In this document: positions 1 to 9,956 of the stretch, piece by piece | Layout of the letters: each line of letters opens with the position of its first letter | How positions within the stretch are numbered: position 1 is the stretch's first letter | IMG/VR virus record: IMGVR_UViG_2974588491_000001 | Coordinates: 250,380 to 314,379 of that record | Strand: one strand, 5' to 3' | Source: a virus | Lineage: Duplodnaviria; Heunggongvirae; Uroviricota; Caudoviricetes | DNA length: 64,000 bases | The notes under the pieces: generated by a model | What the model was told of the DNA's origin: nothing | The model's input: the letters and a program-made list of their open reading frames with translations, nothing else | The model's database searches: none | Position numbers and translations under genes: made by a program

Positions 1-65
1 ATGATGACAGTACTGAGCAAGGCACTGGAACGTTTAGTACGGGTCCGAAATAATCGAAAAAACCC

Positions 66-94
66 TTGACAAATCATGTGGGTGCTGTTAGAAT
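66..94 (+). promoter_or_regulatory. sigma70-type early promoter
   Basis: TTGACA-N17-TAGAAT upstream of telA. Confidence 0.7.
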
Positions 95-145
95 GTTTAC
101 ATCAAGACGGCACTCCTAATTAACTTAGAATGAAGGATTTAAAAG

Positions 146-1288
146 ATGGCAATTGACGACGTTAACAATGGTTTCGAAGAAGTTAAGCCACAGCGTAAAA
201 CTGGAACTCGTAAGCGTAAACCTGCGGCAACTAAAGCAGAACCAGTAACTATCGAACAAGAAGAATTCGCACAGAGCGAAAAACAGTTACCATCTCTGCG
301 TGATGCAAAAGGTACTTCAATGGAACTGACTGTAGCGAATATCCATACTTTGGGTTCCGATGCTGGTCAGAACATTGGTAAACTTTCTGAAGAAATTCTT
401 TCTAAAGTTAAAGTTGCTGATACTGGTGAACTCGGTGATGGTATTTCTAATATTCTGACTTTGACTCGTAAAGTCGATATTACCCGCCTGGGTGAACAAC
501 GTAATGGTCTGCTTTCTCGTGTTTGGAATATCTTTGGTGATACCAAACAGAAAGTACTGGATCAGTTCGAAACCAGTAAAGACCAAATCGAAAAGATCAC
601 TGGCACTCTCAGTACTGGTATTGATCGTATGCGTGGTGAAGCAGTATGGCTTGAAAATGCATATGATGCGAACATTGAATATCTGCATGAACTGGAAGAT
701 ATTCTGGTAAACGTTGATGAAGTTAAAATCATTGAAGATCAGAAGTTGGCTAAACTCATGGCTGATCCTGAAACTCCAATGAACGTACTGGATGACCAGC
801 GTATGCTTACCGATGCACTGGATAAGCAAGCCGACAAACTTCGCCGTCTGGTACAACTGGCAAAACTGACCGCACCGCAGATTGCGTCAATGCGTAAAGT
901 TAACATGAACACCGTTGAGAAGTTTGAATCTCTCAACACCGTTGTTATCCCAGCGTGGAAAAACAACATGAGTCTTTCTCTGATTAGTTTGCAGCAGAAG
1001 AAAGATAACGAATTGTCGAACATGATCGACAATGAAACAAACCGTCTGTTGAAAGACAACGCGAAAACTGTTGCACAGAACATGAAAGACGCAGCAGCGG
1101 CGAACCAACGTGGGGTAGTGGATTTGAGTACTCTTCAGTCTATCCAGAACGATATGTTGAATGGTATCAAAGAAACCATTCGCATTGAAGAAGCTGGACG
1201 CCAAGAGCGTAAACAAGCTGCAATCGAAATGCAGAAAATGGATCAAAATCTGAAAATCGCACTTCGCGATATTGCTCAGAAAAAATAA
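146..1288 (+). CDS. telA: Toxic anion resistance protein (TelA/KlaA family)
   Basis: 380 aa coiled-coil; motifs QIEKI..L, LENAYDAN..Y..EL, TAPQI..M..N..VEKF...IPAWKN typical of TelA. Confidence 0.8.
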   Translation: MAIDDVNNGFEEVKPQRKTGTRKRKPAATKAEPVTIEQEEFAQSEKQLPSLRDAKGTSMELTVANIHTLGSDAGQNIGKLSEEILSKVKVADTGELGDGISNILTLTRKVDITRLGEQRNGLLSRVWNIFGDTKQKVLDQFETSKDQIEKITGTLSTGIDRMRGEAVWLENAYDANIEYLHELEDILVNVDEVKIIEDQKLAKLMADPETPMNVLDDQRMLTDALDKQADKLRRLVQLAKLTAPQIASMRKVNMNTVEKFESLNTVVIPAWKNNMSLSLISLQQKKDNELSNMIDNETNRLLKDNAKTVAQNMKDAAAANQRGVVDLSTLQSIQNDMLNGIKETIRIEEAGRQERKQAAIEMQKMDQNLKIALRDIAQKK

Positions 1289-1306
1289 TCCAAAAAGCAG
1301 TACTAC

Positions 1307-1335
1307 AAAAGCTCCCAACACTTGGGGGCTTTTTT
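1307..1335 (+). terminator. intrinsic terminator
   Basis: AGCTCCCA-loop-TGGGGGCT + T run. Confidence 0.75.
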
Positions 1336-1354
1336 CATATGGAGAAATAAAAAT

Positions 1355-1687
1355 ATGGATAACCTATACACTCAAGAACTACTAACTAAGCTATCAGAAA
1401 TCATTTCAGAAAATGATATGGATGATGATAAAGAAGGTAAGTACAATGATGAAGGTATCAAGTACATCACAGTTGTAGAAGGTGATTGGACAGACGAAGG
1501 TAAGTACTCTTTCTGTGACTGGACTTTCTTCTTCCCTGAACTAAATGTATATGTCTATTGCTCACAATCTCGTAGTGGTTCTTACTATAGCGATTACTAC
1601 TATGACGACCCTGATTTTAGCTTTGTAGAACCATACACCGAAACGGTTGTAGTTACAAATTACCGTACTGTTAAGGTGACTGCATAA
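1355..1687 (+). CDS. hypothetical acidic protein
   Basis: ORF track; ATG at 1355 after GGAG RBS. Confidence 0.7.
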   Translation: MDNLYTQELLTKLSEIISENDMDDDKEGKYNDEGIKYITVVEGDWTDEGKYSFCDWTFFFPELNVYVYCSQSRSGSYYSDYYYDDPDFSFVEPYTETVVVTNYRTVKVTA

Positions 1688-2361
1688 TGAATCTTTTTTC
1701 TTTAGACATTGAAACACTTGGTACTCCAGAGAACTCAGGTTATGGAATCGTAATTCCGAACTATGCTATTGTTAAAATCCCTGAAGTACTAACACATGAA
1801 TTAGAATGGATTTATGTTCAACTACCAATTCAAGATCAGATTGATGTAGGTCTTAAAATGGATGCAAGTACTATGAACTTCTGGTTCGATACTTGTGCAC
1901 AGGAATTCCCTCTAGCATTGTGTGAAATGCAGCAATCATTTAAACTTAAAGCACCAACGGTTCTACACTCAGATGGTGATACTCATGAATCCACCAATAT
2001 TCCACTAGTCGTTAAGAATTTCTTACATGGACAGGAAGAACCAAAGTTCAATACTAAAGTCTTTGGAAATGGTTGTAACTTTGATTGTAGTATTCTACAA
2101 GAGAACCATCGAGTAATGTTCGGTGACGGTAATTTGTGGCAATATGCTGCACCAAACAATGTTCGTTCACTAAGACTTCTTCTTTCTAAAGAAGATGAAG
2201 AATTAATGAAAGATACGATTGATCCATATCTTAGCCGGTTCTGTGATTCTATTGATGAAGTGGGTTGGATGTTTGATCTTTGTTTACATAATCCTCTGTT
2301 CGATGCGGCTAAAGAAGCGTTGTTCGTAACTTATATTATGAACTTAAAAAAATCAGCTTGA
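1687..2361 (+). CDS. DEDDh/RNase H-fold 3'-5' exonuclease-like protein
   Basis: N-terminal LDIETLG, GNGCNFDCSIL, C-terminal HNPLFDA. Confidence 0.7.
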   Translation: MNLFSLDIETLGTPENSGYGIVIPNYAIVKIPEVLTHELEWIYVQLPIQDQIDVGLKMDASTMNFWFDTCAQEFPLALCEMQQSFKLKAPTVLHSDGDTHESTNIPLVVKNFLHGQEEPKFNTKVFGNGCNFDCSILQENHRVMFGDGNLWQYAAPNNVRSLRLLLSKEDEELMKDTIDPYLSRFCDSIDEVGWMFDLCLHNPLFDAAKEALFVTYIMNLKKSA

Positions 2362-2387
2362 CAAACAGCCCCTTAACGTTGTACAAT
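2358..2387 (+). promoter_or_regulatory. sigma70-type promoter
   Basis: TTGACA-N18-TACAAT. Confidence 0.6.
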
Positions 2388-2417
2388 AGCCCTGTTAACC
2401 ACTAATAGGGCTAGATC

Positions 2418-3515
2418 ATGAATTTCCTCATTATTGCTGCACCAGCGTTATTGATCATGATCATCATGAAATATAAGTACTCACATCAAATAACAACTAA
2501 GGAATTAGGTTTTCATTTCTTAGCAGTGTGCGTAAGTATTGGTATCATGATGGGAATCACTTACACAAGTTTATACGTATCAATGGCTGATACTGAAATT
2601 TTAAATGGTAAAGTACTTTCTAAATCTCGTGATGTTGAATGGTGTACTTCACAAAGTTCTTCATGTAAACATTACACATGGCATGAACGTTGTTCGTACT
2701 ACACAGATAGTAAAGGTAAACGCCAGAAGTCGTGTGAATCATATAAAGTTTTTGATTATCCATACGAAGTAGATTGGACAGTACGGACTTCAGTTGATTC
2801 ACATACTATTGAACGTGTAAACCGTCAGGGAACTAAAGTACCGCCACGTTGGGCACAAATTAATATTGGTGATCCAGCAAGTACTGAACACCGTTATATC
2901 AATTACCTTTTAGGTAATAAAGATTCTTTATTCTACGAGAATGAATACGAAAAAGAATTCACCGAAGAATACAAGAAAGAGTTACCAAATTACCCACAAG
3001 TTTATGATTATTATCGTGTAAACCACGTAATAAATTTGACAAAGGCTGATGCCACAGGGTATAATGATTACATCAACATGGCACTGCGGGAAATGGGAGC
3101 GAGTAAACAAGTTAACATTGTACTGATTATGTATCCTGCTACTAATGTTGATTTGGTAAAAGCAACCACAGCAAAATGGCGTGGCGGTAAAAAGAACGAT
3201 GTAATTATGTTCGCTGGCTTGGATGAAGATGGTACTGTAACTAAGTTTAGTAGTACTTCATTCGGCAAGGGAATGAAAAATGAATACTTACATAGTACTT
3301 TACGAATGACTGCACTAACTGAGAAAATGTCTCTGAACTTAGTACAGTTACTTGTAAAAGACGTAAATGATAATTTCAATCGTCTTCCTAATAAGGAATT
3401 CGAATACTTGAAATATAAATTAGAACCTAGCCTTTGGGTAGTTATTTTATGCTCAATCTTAGCTGCGGTATCTTCAATCTTAGTTGGTAATTACATGAGG
3501 AAAGTTGATTTATGA
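2418..3515 (+). CDS. membrane protein with large extracytoplasmic domain
   Basis: two N-terminal and one C-terminal hydrophobic helices, Cys-containing soluble domain. Confidence 0.7.
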   Translation: MNFLIIAAPALLIMIIMKYKYSHQITTKELGFHFLAVCVSIGIMMGITYTSLYVSMADTEILNGKVLSKSRDVEWCTSQSSSCKHYTWHERCSYYTDSKGKRQKSCESYKVFDYPYEVDWTVRTSVDSHTIERVNRQGTKVPPRWAQINIGDPASTEHRYINYLLGNKDSLFYENEYEKEFTEEYKKELPNYPQVYDYYRVNHVINLTKADATGYNDYINMALREMGASKQVNIVLIMYPATNVDLVKATTAKWRGGKKNDVIMFAGLDEDGTVTKFSSTSFGKGMKNEYLHSTLRMTALTEKMSLNLVQLLVKDVNDNFNRLPNKEFEYLKYKLEPSLWVVILCSILAAVSSILVGNYMRKVDL

Positions 3516-4066
3516 AAGCAGGAACAGCAGTACTTCTGTCATTCGTTGCAGTGATCGCGGTGGGTGCTTTGGGTTTTGCGGGTATGTATAAGAGTTCTTA
3601 CGATACTGCAAATAATTACGAAGCAAATATCAATCGTCTGAACAAAGCAAGTGAATCGCAGCTTAGTACTTATACTTTGAAAGTACAAGAACAAGCACAA
3701 ATTCCTGCTATGTATTCTGAAGATCTTCAGAAAACTATTAAGGCGTACTTCGAAGGTCGTGGTAAACAAGATGAAACATTCATCCGTTCCTTCGTAACAC
3801 AGAACGTACCTAATCTGTCACCTAAGATGTATGAAAATCTGATGGTAACAATTGATGCTGGTCGTGATGCGTTTAACAACGTACAGAAACAGAAGATCGA
3901 TACCTGTTCTGACTATGATGAATTCCGTGGTAAATTCTGGAGTAGCTTTACTCTGCCAGGGAAGTTCCCAAGCAAGAATATCGAAAAGCTCTGCCAGGTA
4001 GTTTCTGATGCACGTACTCAGAAAGCATTCGAAACTGGTGTTCAGGAAACTATTAAATTCCGCTAA
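3512..4066 (+). CDS. membrane-anchored LemA-like coiled-coil protein
   Basis: N-terminal TM helix then YDTANNYEANI helical domain; coupled to previous gene. Confidence 0.5.
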   Translation: MKAGTAVLLSFVAVIAVGALGFAGMYKSSYDTANNYEANINRLNKASESQLSTYTLKVQEQAQIPAMYSEDLQKTIKAYFEGRGKQDETFIRSFVTQNVPNLSPKMYENLMVTIDAGRDAFNNVQKQKIDTCSDYDEFRGKFWSSFTLPGKFPSKNIEKLCQVVSDARTQKAFETGVQETIKFR

Positions 4067-4115
4067 TAGTTTATAAGCTGGCCTTAGTTGGTCAGCTTTT
4101 TTAAGTAAGAAGTGC

Positions 4116-4144
4116 TTGACAAATTGAATATAAAATGTTATAGT
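4116..4144 (+). promoter_or_regulatory. sigma70-type promoter
   Basis: TTGACA-N17-TATAGT. Confidence 0.65.
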
Positions 4145-4178
4145 ACTAGCAAGATATGAAATTAAGTGAGGGTTCACT

Positions 4179-4358
4179 ATGTCGTACTTAATATTAGTTC
4201 TCGCAATGAAAGCAGGTAACTTAGCTCCTACGTCTGTAACAATGAAACTTGATGTAGATGTTGATAACTGTGAACAGGTCTTTATTCCTGAAGCAAAGAA
4301 ACAGTATGCGAGTACGCCTCTTACAGTAATTTCAGCAAAATGTTTTCCGACTAAGTGA
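4179..4358 (+). CDS. hypothetical protein (59 aa, below ORF-track cutoff)
   Basis: GAGG RBS, MSYLILVLAMK...CFPTK*. Confidence 0.55.
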   Translation: MSYLILVLAMKAGNLAPTSVTMKLDVDVDNCEQVFIPEAKKQYASTPLTVISAKCFPTK

Positions 4359-4369
4359 GGGTTTAACAA

Positions 4370-4717
4370 ATGTGGGCGTTTCTATCGATCATGCTTCTTT
4401 GCATGGTAATAAACTTTGGAATTTGGTACGCAGTTTCGCGTTGGTATCTTAAAGACGACTTTGTTATCATCATTGGTGATAACATGAAACGCTTCATGAA
4501 AACAATGCTAATTGCAATTGTAATTTCAATTCTGTTGTGTTCTGTTAAACTTTATAAAATGGCTTCATGTCAAACTAAAGGTTGGATTACGAATGCCAGT
4601 ACTCAATACTCATGGGTAATGGATCAATGCCAGGCAAAAAATAGTACTGGAGTATACGTAGATATTGAACGTACTCGTGGTACACCTGGTGAAGAAAATC
4701 ACGACACAGCACAATAA
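4370..4717 (+). CDS. hypothetical membrane protein
   Basis: two hydrophobic segments; GAGG RBS. Confidence 0.65.
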   Translation: MWAFLSIMLLCMVINFGIWYAVSRWYLKDDFVIIIGDNMKRFMKTMLIAIVISILLCSVKLYKMASCQTKGWITNASTQYSWVMDQCQAKNSTGVYVDIERTRGTPGEENHDTAQ

Positions 4718-4765
4718 TAAATAAAACCCTCCTAGTGAGGGTTTTTTATATTTTAGGAGATTTGA

Positions 4766-5398
4766 ATGCCAAAAAAATTAGTTTATGAACATGGAATTAA
4801 TGATTCAGACGAACCTATATGTAAACAAGAAAAAATTAATGGTAAATGGAAGGTTATTTGGAGATGCCCAATATATACTATGTGGAGAAATATACTAGAA
4901 CGATGCTATTCGCAAAAACTTAAAGATAAATTTCCAACGTATAAAGATTGTACAATTCACGAAGAATGGTTGTATTTTTCAAATTTTAAGTCATGGGTTT
5001 TAACACAACCATATCAAAACCGAGATATTGATAAAGATTTATTATATAAAAATAATAAACACTATTCCCCACATACTTGCATTTTCGTTCCTCATGAAAT
5101 CAATACATTTATTTTGCAATCTTCTACCATTCGCGGAGATTATGCATTAGGTGTATCTTATAATGCTTGTAGAAAAGCAAAACCTTTTTATTCTTATATT
5201 AGCGTTGAGAATAAAAAACTTCATCTTGGCGTTTTTGATAATGAATATGAAGCACATTTAGCATGGCAGCACAAAAAAATTTATTTTTGTAACCAATACA
5301 TTGAGAAATACACCGATGATAAAAATATTATTTTAGTGTTAGAAAAATATAGAGATTCGATACAAAAAGATATTGACGAAAATAGGTTTACTATATAA
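4766..5398 (+). CDS. HNH homing endonuclease (C-terminal AP2-like DNA-binding region)
   Basis: YKDCTIHEEWLYFSNF, DIDKDLL, YSPHTCIFVP, HLGVFDNEYEAH; more AT-rich than neighbours. Confidence 0.8.
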   Translation: MPKKLVYEHGINDSDEPICKQEKINGKWKVIWRCPIYTMWRNILERCYSQKLKDKFPTYKDCTIHEEWLYFSNFKSWVLTQPYQNRDIDKDLLYKNNKHYSPHTCIFVPHEINTFILQSSTIRGDYALGVSYNACRKAKPFYSYISVENKKLHLGVFDNEYEAHLAWQHKKIYFCNQYIEKYTDDKNIILVLEKYRDSIQKDIDENRFTI

Positions 5399-5883
5399 TG
5401 TTTGAATTTGATGAAAATCCGATATACAATCCTGAAGAAGATGGCATCACTCATATCAACATATATAGTCAAGCGAAAACTGAATTAGGAAGAATGCTCT
5501 CCAATTTTTATTACTCACCTTTCACATTTGAACCTTATGGGGAGTTTGCATCAGGGGAATCGTTCTGGTACTGGTATTTAACTGGTCAACAACACAATTC
5601 ACTAAAAACCTTGCATGGTTTTGAAGCCAAAAAAGAAGGACGTAAATATCGTAATGACAGATTGGATGTACTTGGTCTAACTAATGAAGATTTAGAAGTT
5701 ATGGAACAGATGTTAGTACACAAGATTGCATACAATCCCAATATTGCGAAATTACTAAAAGAAAGTACTTTGCCGTTTGTTCACTATTATTCTTATCATG
5801 GTAGAGTAATAGTGCCAGATGGGGTAGACTGGTTATCCACCAGCTACGAGGATATCAGAACAGTCCTTAAAGAAACGAACTGA
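5398..5883 (+). CDS. NADAR-like (T4 gp30.3-like) protein
   Basis: HINIYSQAKTELGRMLSNFYYSPF...FASGESFWYW. Confidence 0.55.
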   Translation: MFEFDENPIYNPEEDGITHINIYSQAKTELGRMLSNFYYSPFTFEPYGEFASGESFWYWYLTGQQHNSLKTLHGFEAKKEGRKYRNDRLDVLGLTNEDLEVMEQMLVHKIAYNPNIAKLLKESTLPFVHYYSYHGRVIVPDGVDWLSTSYEDIRTVLKETN

Positions 5884-5901
5884 CCAAAGAATGGTCAATT
5901 T

Positions 5902-5909
5902 TATAAATA
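5902..5909 (+). promoter_or_regulatory. T4-type late promoter
   Basis: TATAAATA just upstream of the 578 aa gene. Confidence 0.55.
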
Positions 5910-5930
5910 GTTCTACATTTTTTATACAAC

Positions 5931-7667
5931 ATGGAGTGTTATATGAATAAAACCAAAAATGTTCTACAAGTGGTTGTCAATTTTGAAACTGCTGAATCAG
6001 TACAAGAGCTTAAAAATCTAATCCAATCTAAAGTTGGTGATGTTGATATTGTTCGTTACTCAGTTAATCCAACCAACGTAGTTCTTTATGTTCTTGCTGA
6101 ACCGTCAGCCAATCTACATACTATTCAGGTAGAAGATACAGGTAAAACTTACAGTACTATCAATGTAGTCGAATCTATTGTAGAAGACGGTACTAAAGAA
6201 TATACAGGTACTGTTCAAGAGGCATTTGCTGAAGTTCAAACTTCTGAACCAAAACCTGCCAACGTTATCATCTTTGAACACGATCCTAAGCTCGTTGCAT
6301 TACTTAATAAAGAATATAAACTATCAAACGTTAGTGTTTATGATGGTTTGGTTTCTATCAGTACTGAAGATGAGATTGTGCTAATTGAACCACAAGTTAA
6401 TGTGACTATTGATTATAGTACTTATAATGAGAGTACTGGTACAGTCAAACTTGTTCAAACCAAAGATGAAGAATCTTCTATAATTGAAGCTTTTAACAAT
6501 CGTGTTGCAGAAATTCAAGAAGAAGAATTGTCTAGTCGTGATTTTTCTGAATTAGTAAGTGCAATTGACAATATTGATAATGACCGATTATCATTAACCG
6601 AACAGTTTAAGGATAGTATTTTTGGTCCAGGTATTGCTAAAGCAGAAGACTATGCACGTATGAGTACCGAACGCAATACTATTAATCTAATGTCTGACAT
6701 TATGAATACGTTTAATGCTATTGAAAACGATTTACCTTACAAACTACCAGTTGAAGCACTTGCTAAGATGGATGAACATGAACGCAACGTGCATGAAATG
6801 AAAAACATTCTTCTAAATGTACAAGGTTTAGGTGAAGAAATTTCTATGGCAGCAGCATTGAAAGAAGACGTGTCTCATACAACAGTAAAAGAAGTAGCTG
6901 GTGCGTCACAATCTGGATTTGTTGATGAAGATGATGATGATATAGAATCTCTATCAGCTTATAGTATTGGTGATACCGTAGTTGAAACAGTAACTCTAAA
7001 AGTTGCACTAATTAGCTTTAATGCTTTTGATGAGTATGCTGCAAATCACAATATTGTTGGTTGGGATCTATTCACACCAACTACACTACTAATCAAGTAC
7101 ATGGAAGAAGGTGTAACTTCTGAAGAAAAAATTAAGAAATTTCATGAGATGATGGATAGTCTTGATACTGGTTGGGTACAGAAAGTTTCAGATGAAACTA
7201 AATTCTTATCAGAATTCAAGCAAGTACTAGACCGTGATGTAACACAAGAGTTCTTAGCTCGTGTTAAGAAACACAATGTCTTTGTTCGTGAAAATCTAGC
7301 GAAAATTCGTTCTGCACTTCTAGATATGGAAAAAGACTACGAAGAACTAAAAGATGAAGTCAATCTAACCATCGATTGGGAAAATCTAACCGCATTTGCA
7401 TCCAAAAAGGAACGTATTGAGCATCGTGTAAGAGGTGTTCAAATGGTGTTCTCTGGCTCTAATCGTCCAGATGCAAACGTTGTAAGAGTTGATTCTGAAT
7501 ATGAAGGGAAAGATTTTTACATTCCATTTAGTTTGATTACTGATGAAATTCGTGAAAAATATGTACTAGATAACGAACTTCTATACATTGAAAATGTTCC
7601 AGACTTCGCATTCTATGAAGTACCTGTAAATGGTCATGTCATGATTATTGAAAAAACTGACCTATAA
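5931..7667 (+). CDS. large acidic hypothetical protein (possibly late/virion)
   Basis: 578 aa ORF; late-promoter motif upstream. Confidence 0.75.
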   Translation: MECYMNKTKNVLQVVVNFETAESVQELKNLIQSKVGDVDIVRYSVNPTNVVLYVLAEPSANLHTIQVEDTGKTYSTINVVESIVEDGTKEYTGTVQEAFAEVQTSEPKPANVIIFEHDPKLVALLNKEYKLSNVSVYDGLVSISTEDEIVLIEPQVNVTIDYSTYNESTGTVKLVQTKDEESSIIEAFNNRVAEIQEEELSSRDFSELVSAIDNIDNDRLSLTEQFKDSIFGPGIAKAEDYARMSTERNTINLMSDIMNTFNAIENDLPYKLPVEALAKMDEHERNVHEMKNILLNVQGLGEEISMAAALKEDVSHTTVKEVAGASQSGFVDEDDDDIESLSAYSIGDTVVETVTLKVALISFNAFDEYAANHNIVGWDLFTPTTLLIKYMEEGVTSEEKIKKFHEMMDSLDTGWVQKVSDETKFLSEFKQVLDRDVTQEFLARVKKHNVFVRENLAKIRSALLDMEKDYEELKDEVNLTIDWENLTAFASKKERIEHRVRGVQMVFSGSNRPDANVVRVDSEYEGKDFYIPFSLITDEIREKYVLDNELLYIENVPDFAFYEVPVNGHVMIIEKTDL

Positions 7668-7677
7668 TGTCTCCATA

Positions 7678-7703
7678 TACCAGCCTAGTGCTGGTATTTT
7701 TTT
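7678..7703 (+). terminator. intrinsic terminator
   Basis: TACCAGC-CTAGT-GCTGGTA + T run. Confidence 0.75.
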
Positions 7704-7714
7704 AAGTAAGATTT

Positions 7715-7744
7715 ATGAAACGTACTGAAAAAACATGGTATAAT
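7715..7744 (+). promoter_or_regulatory. WTGAAAC-class promoter
   Basis: ATGAAA-N18-TATAAT with TGG; one of 10 copies. Confidence 0.7.
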
Positions 7745-7749
7745 GTCAG

Positions 7750-8245
7750 TACAAGAATTATTAGATACAACTCTGATTGACAAGGATAGTCCTTGATGAG
7801 TAAAGAACCTGAACCTATCGAAAACGTAGATGGCAGATGAGTAGTTCAATCAGTACGATGTGCAAAAGAAACCCGTTAGAGTACTAGCAATCATACAAAC
7901 GCGATGTAAGTCTACGAATCACGGCAATGCGGCACAATAAAGGAATACACTAAGCATATCAAGTATTCCCTAGATAGACATATAAGGTCACTTACCAATA
8001 CGCTAAGGGAGCCAGAAATGGCACAGTACTAATTTGGTCGAATAGATCAGTACTGAGTGTGGGAATGTTTAAATCCACGACCGTTGCATATGACTGTGAT
8101 AGAGAGATTACCGAGCAACCCGCTTTCGCTCTCAGAAATTGTACAATGAAGTTGTATCTAAAATTCAGAGAAATTCACAATTCGACAGATTCCGACGACT
8201 ATCATCGTCAGAAAAAATTCGTACACACTTGTGTACTTTTTTTAT
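7750..8245 (+). ncRNA. candidate large structured ncRNA (~500 nt)
   Basis: promoter- and terminator-bounded gap without credible ORF; 12-bp long-range helix 7761-7772/8150-8161 and many hairpins. Confidence 0.6.
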
Positions 8246-8405
8246 GTCTTTATTCCCCTGCGGGGGGATGAAAATGTCCTCAACAAATCTCGTCAGTATA
8301 AATTGTGTTAAACATATAAAATGTGAATTGAGTTAAGTACGAACAACGTGAGTACTAACGAAAATTCTTTGACATTCGAAGAATGGCAAATGAAAAGGAA
8401 TAGAA

Positions 8406-8645
8406 ATGATCACTGCAATATGTGAAATGTCAGATCAGGCTTGTGGTATTGAAGCAGTACGGATTATTGAAAATACACCTGAATCCATTGCGAGTTTTGA
8501 AGAAGAAATGGATGAAATGATGTGTATGTTTGGTTATCAATTGTATTTCTATAATTCGATAATACCAGATACCAATAGTAATGAATCCATTGTTTATCAG
8601 TGGATGCGAGATAATGAACAATATGAAATTGATGTGGATGTGTAA
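8406..8645 (+). CDS. hypothetical protein
   Basis: ORF track, RBS. Confidence 0.65.
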   Translation: MITAICEMSDQACGIEAVRIIENTPESIASFEEEMDEMMCMFGYQLYFYNSIIPDTNSNESIVYQWMRDNEQYEIDVDV

Positions 8646-8647
8646 TT

Positions 8648-9088
8648 ATGCCTAATATGAGTTACTGCATGTTTGAGAATACCTCAAAAGATATGCAAGA
8701 TATTATTGATAAAATGTACGAAGATGATTTTGATCCTGATGAACTTTCTCGTTATGAACGTAGATACTACGATCAGTTATGGGATCAATGCGAAACTATG
8801 CTTCAGAGACTTGAAGAACTTCAAGAAATGATGGATGAACGAGAAGAAGCAGAGCAACGCCGTTTAGAAGATGAAGAACTTAGACGTGAAGAATATGACA
8901 TGCATCGTGCAATTGTTGGTACTCAACGAGCAGATGAAGATTTTGGTCATACCTTCACTCGTCATGATGATAGTAGTACTGACAATCATTCAACACATAC
9001 TTTCAGTCGTGCTGATGACTGTTCTAGTTCAAGCTATGATTCTGGTAGTAGCAGTAGTGATTCAGGAAGTTCTTGTTCAGGAGATTAA
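8648..9088 (+). CDS. hypothetical protein with Ser/Asp-rich tail
   Basis: ORF track. Confidence 0.7.
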   Translation: MPNMSYCMFENTSKDMQDIIDKMYEDDFDPDELSRYERRYYDQLWDQCETMLQRLEELQEMMDEREEAEQRRLEDEELRREEYDMHRAIVGTQRADEDFGHTFTRHDDSSTDNHSTHTFSRADDCSSSSYDSGSSSSDSGSSCSGD

Positions 9089-9089
9089 T

Positions 9090-9293
9090 ATGTTTAACGA
9101 AGATGCAGTAAATGCTTTTTATGCTGGTAAAGAAGATGGTTATGAGGAAAAACAGTACTCTAATCCTCACGCAGAAATGGTAGACTTTCTTGCTAAAAAT
9201 GGTGTAACCGTATCAGTATCTAACAAACTACATGAACAGTACAAACGTGGTTATGAATGGGGTAAAGCTCAGAAAGATGAGGAAAAATCCTAA
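9090..9293 (+). CDS. hypothetical protein
   Basis: ORF track frame, GGAG RBS before ATG 9090. Confidence 0.6.
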   Translation: MFNEDAVNAFYAGKEDGYEEKQYSNPHAEMVDFLAKNGVTVSVSNKLHEQYKRGYEWGKAQKDEEKS

Positions 9294-9640
9294 TGAAGCA
9301 AGAACCTTATATCATTCGTGAAGTAACACATATTATCCGTGAATATAATCCAGAATATGGTGATGACCGTATCTGTGAATGTGGTCATTCATATGATCGT
9401 CATTTTGATTCATATGAAGATATGGAAGCAGTAGGTTGTAAGTACTGTGATTGTTTTGAATTCATCGAAGTCTTACCTGGTCAAAAAACTGGTAAAGATG
9501 CAGAAGATGATGGTTATGACGATGGTGTTTCGGGTTTGCCAATGCGTACCGAATATGAAAATACCAAATGGAAAGAAGTTTATGAACGTTGGTATGAATA
9601 TGGAAACAACAAAAGATCTGCACAGGACTACAAATTTTAA
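9293..9640 (+). CDS. hypothetical protein with Cys/His zinc-binding motifs
   Basis: CECGHSYDRH...GCKYCDC. Confidence 0.7.
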   Translation: MKQEPYIIREVTHIIREYNPEYGDDRICECGHSYDRHFDSYEDMEAVGCKYCDCFEFIEVLPGQKTGKDAEDDGYDDGVSGLPMRTEYENTKWKEVYERWYEYGNNKRSAQDYKF

Positions 9641-9641
9641 T

Positions 9642-9956
9642 ATGACTGATAATGAAGCACTAAAACTAGCAGTGAAAATGCATGATGAATTTAATGCATT
9701 AAGTACTCAATTTGATTTAGAATTTGAACTACATAAACATATGTGGTTTAAATCTGGTTCTGATATTTGCGAAAACCGAGATAATAATAAAGAAGACCTC
9801 TTTGAAGGTGATGGTAATACTTATGGTTGGGAAGTTCGTTATATTCGTTATGAAGATGATGATTTCCTTCTCGCAAAAGTTGATAATGGTTGTGGTGACC
9901 AGTACTTTGCATTATTTTTAAAAGAGTTTGAGGTTAGTGAGTATGAAGACTGCTGA
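9642..9956 (+). CDS. hypothetical protein
   Basis: ORF track frame. Confidence 0.65.
   Translation: MTDNEALKLAVKMHDEFNALSTQFDLEFELHKHMWFKSGSDICENRDNNKEDLFEGDGNTYGWEVRYIRYEDDDFLLAKVDNGCGDQYFALFLKEFEVSEYEDC

Noticed and set aside
8059-8336. Small ORFs 8059-8271 and 8139-8336
   Set aside because: Alternative starts without RBS, crossing a terminator inside the structured RNA region.
8930-9088. Ser/Asp-rich low-complexity tail as a DNA repeat element
   Set aside because: Simple coding low complexity with no exact DNA repeat unit.
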